A stretch of DNA of 64,000 nucleotides. Origin: Octopus vulgaris (lineage: Eukaryota). The DNA is taken from assembly GCA_951406725.2 (NCBI GenBank), contig OX597827.1, forward strand, positions 29,760,001-29,824,000, in the 5' to 3' direction. The position numbers were made by a program, and so were the translations under genes. This document shows positions 62,859-64,000 of this stretch, in pieces (position 1 is the first letter of the stretch; every line of letters starts with the position of its first letter). A model generated the notes under the pieces. It was not told where the DNA came from. It worked only from the letters and a program-made list of their open reading frames with translations, and did not search any database.

Positions 62859-63124
62859 GTCTGGGGAGAGTCATTTTCTTTTTGTGCCTTTGTGGTAAAA
62901 TTTCCACTTATTTTTATTTTCGTTGCGTCTTGCAACCTTTTCAATAGTCTTGAAAAAGACTATTGAAAAGGTTGCAAGGTGCCACGAAAATTTTAGGAAA
63001 ATAAAAATAAGGAATAAGTGGAAATTTTACCGGTGAGTGTGTTAAATTATAAGGCACAAAAAGAAAATGACTCTCCCTAGACACAACAGAATATGCTTCA
63101 ACACATGAACTCACAAAACGAAAT
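62859..63124. mobile_element. Fold-back pLTR insertion with 14-bp flanking direct repeats
   Basis: Palindrome centred at about 62953; ATTGGATCTGTAGT at 62845-62858 and 63125-63138. Confidence 0.75.
62960..62996 (+). ncRNA. Hammerhead variant with U3-A8 core (UUGAAAA); truncated mirror copy at 62916-62947 (-)
   Basis: CUA UUGAAAA G GUUGC AAGGU GCCAC GAAA AU UU UAG; the mirror copy has a perfect stem II GUUGC/GCAAC. Confidence 0.6.
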
Positions 63125-63825
63125 ATTGGATCTGTAGTTTTTTGAATTAGCTTTCTCCTTTCTGGTTTTAGGCAGTGTGTTACATATCTCAGGACCCCAA
63201 TAATTACAGGTATAAACCTGATCTTGTAATCTTGATAGAGTAACTGTAGATTTCTCAGCGGTTAGATGTAGGTATTCTCTTTTTCTCTGATCTTCAGCTT
63301 TATATTAACTTCCGCTGGGCAGCGGATTTCTACAATTGTACACAGTTTCTCTTCTCTATCCCAGATCATCATAACAGGTATGTTGCGCTTACATTTTATT
63401 GAGGTTTTCACTAGGACATTCTACCAGTACCCCGTTTTACTATGAGAGGCTATGGCTTCTACCATGTTATGGGTTCTTATTCCATTGTCCTCGGAGTTAT
63501 CCTTCCGACGGATTTCATTGCATAGTTTCTTAGCAACCACGTCATGTCTCATCGGACAACTGCTTACGATGTGGGTGATAACTTTGGTGCCAACATTTTA
63601 CTGCTTTTCCTGTATCTCTGTCACTCTTGTGCATCAGGTATTTGATCAATATTTCCTATTCCTGAATTGCAAACACATACCCTTCAAAGTGGAAGGTAGT
63701 AATCCGGTATGTATGTATGAATGTAGGTATGTATATAATCCATAAAATCCTTGAAAAGAAAGAAAAATATCAAAAAATAAAAGAATTATCAAAAATTGCA
63801 ATCCCTCAGTGCATTTTGGACCACC

Positions 63826-63999
<174 letters not shown>

Positions 64000-64000
64000 A

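Larger units (their letters stand above)
62821..63660 (-). mobile_element. Old RLE-type (R4-like) LINE fragment interrupted by a fold-back insertion
   Basis: THIVSSCP..RHDVVAK..IWDREEKLCTIVEIRCP..FIPVIIGVL..LQIQ; resumes as LQIQSITGTIKI on the other side of the insertion. Confidence 0.7.

Overview
AT-rich, microsatellite-dense animal genomic DNA, about 90% repeats by eye. The SINE, Dong/R4 and Penelope content resembles an octopus genome, but that is an inference from repeat style. Only one host protein-coding gene is supported: a rhodopsin-class GPCR whose CDS lies in a single exon (27864-29120, +). The rest is nested mobile DNA: several R4/Dong non-LTR retrotransposons tied to (TAA)n tracts (one near full length), a CR1-group LINE, an RTE LINE with inversions, a near-intact IR/DR Tc1 transposon, mariner and hAT remnants, Helitron pieces and at least four tRNA-derived SINE families. 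Most short ORFs in the track are microsatellite artefacts. The main hidden signal is about 20 minimal type I hammerhead ribozyme motifs (stem I-NUGANNA-stem II-GAAA-palindromic stem III-UH-stem I') in Penelope-like terminal repeats, many in fold-back pairs. Their cores show all four Watson-Crick versions of the 3-8 tertiary pair (C-G, U-A, G-C, A-U), and the stems covary. One hammerhead element also carries a tRNA-like Pol III head. Coordinates were read by hand, so element boundaries are approximate.
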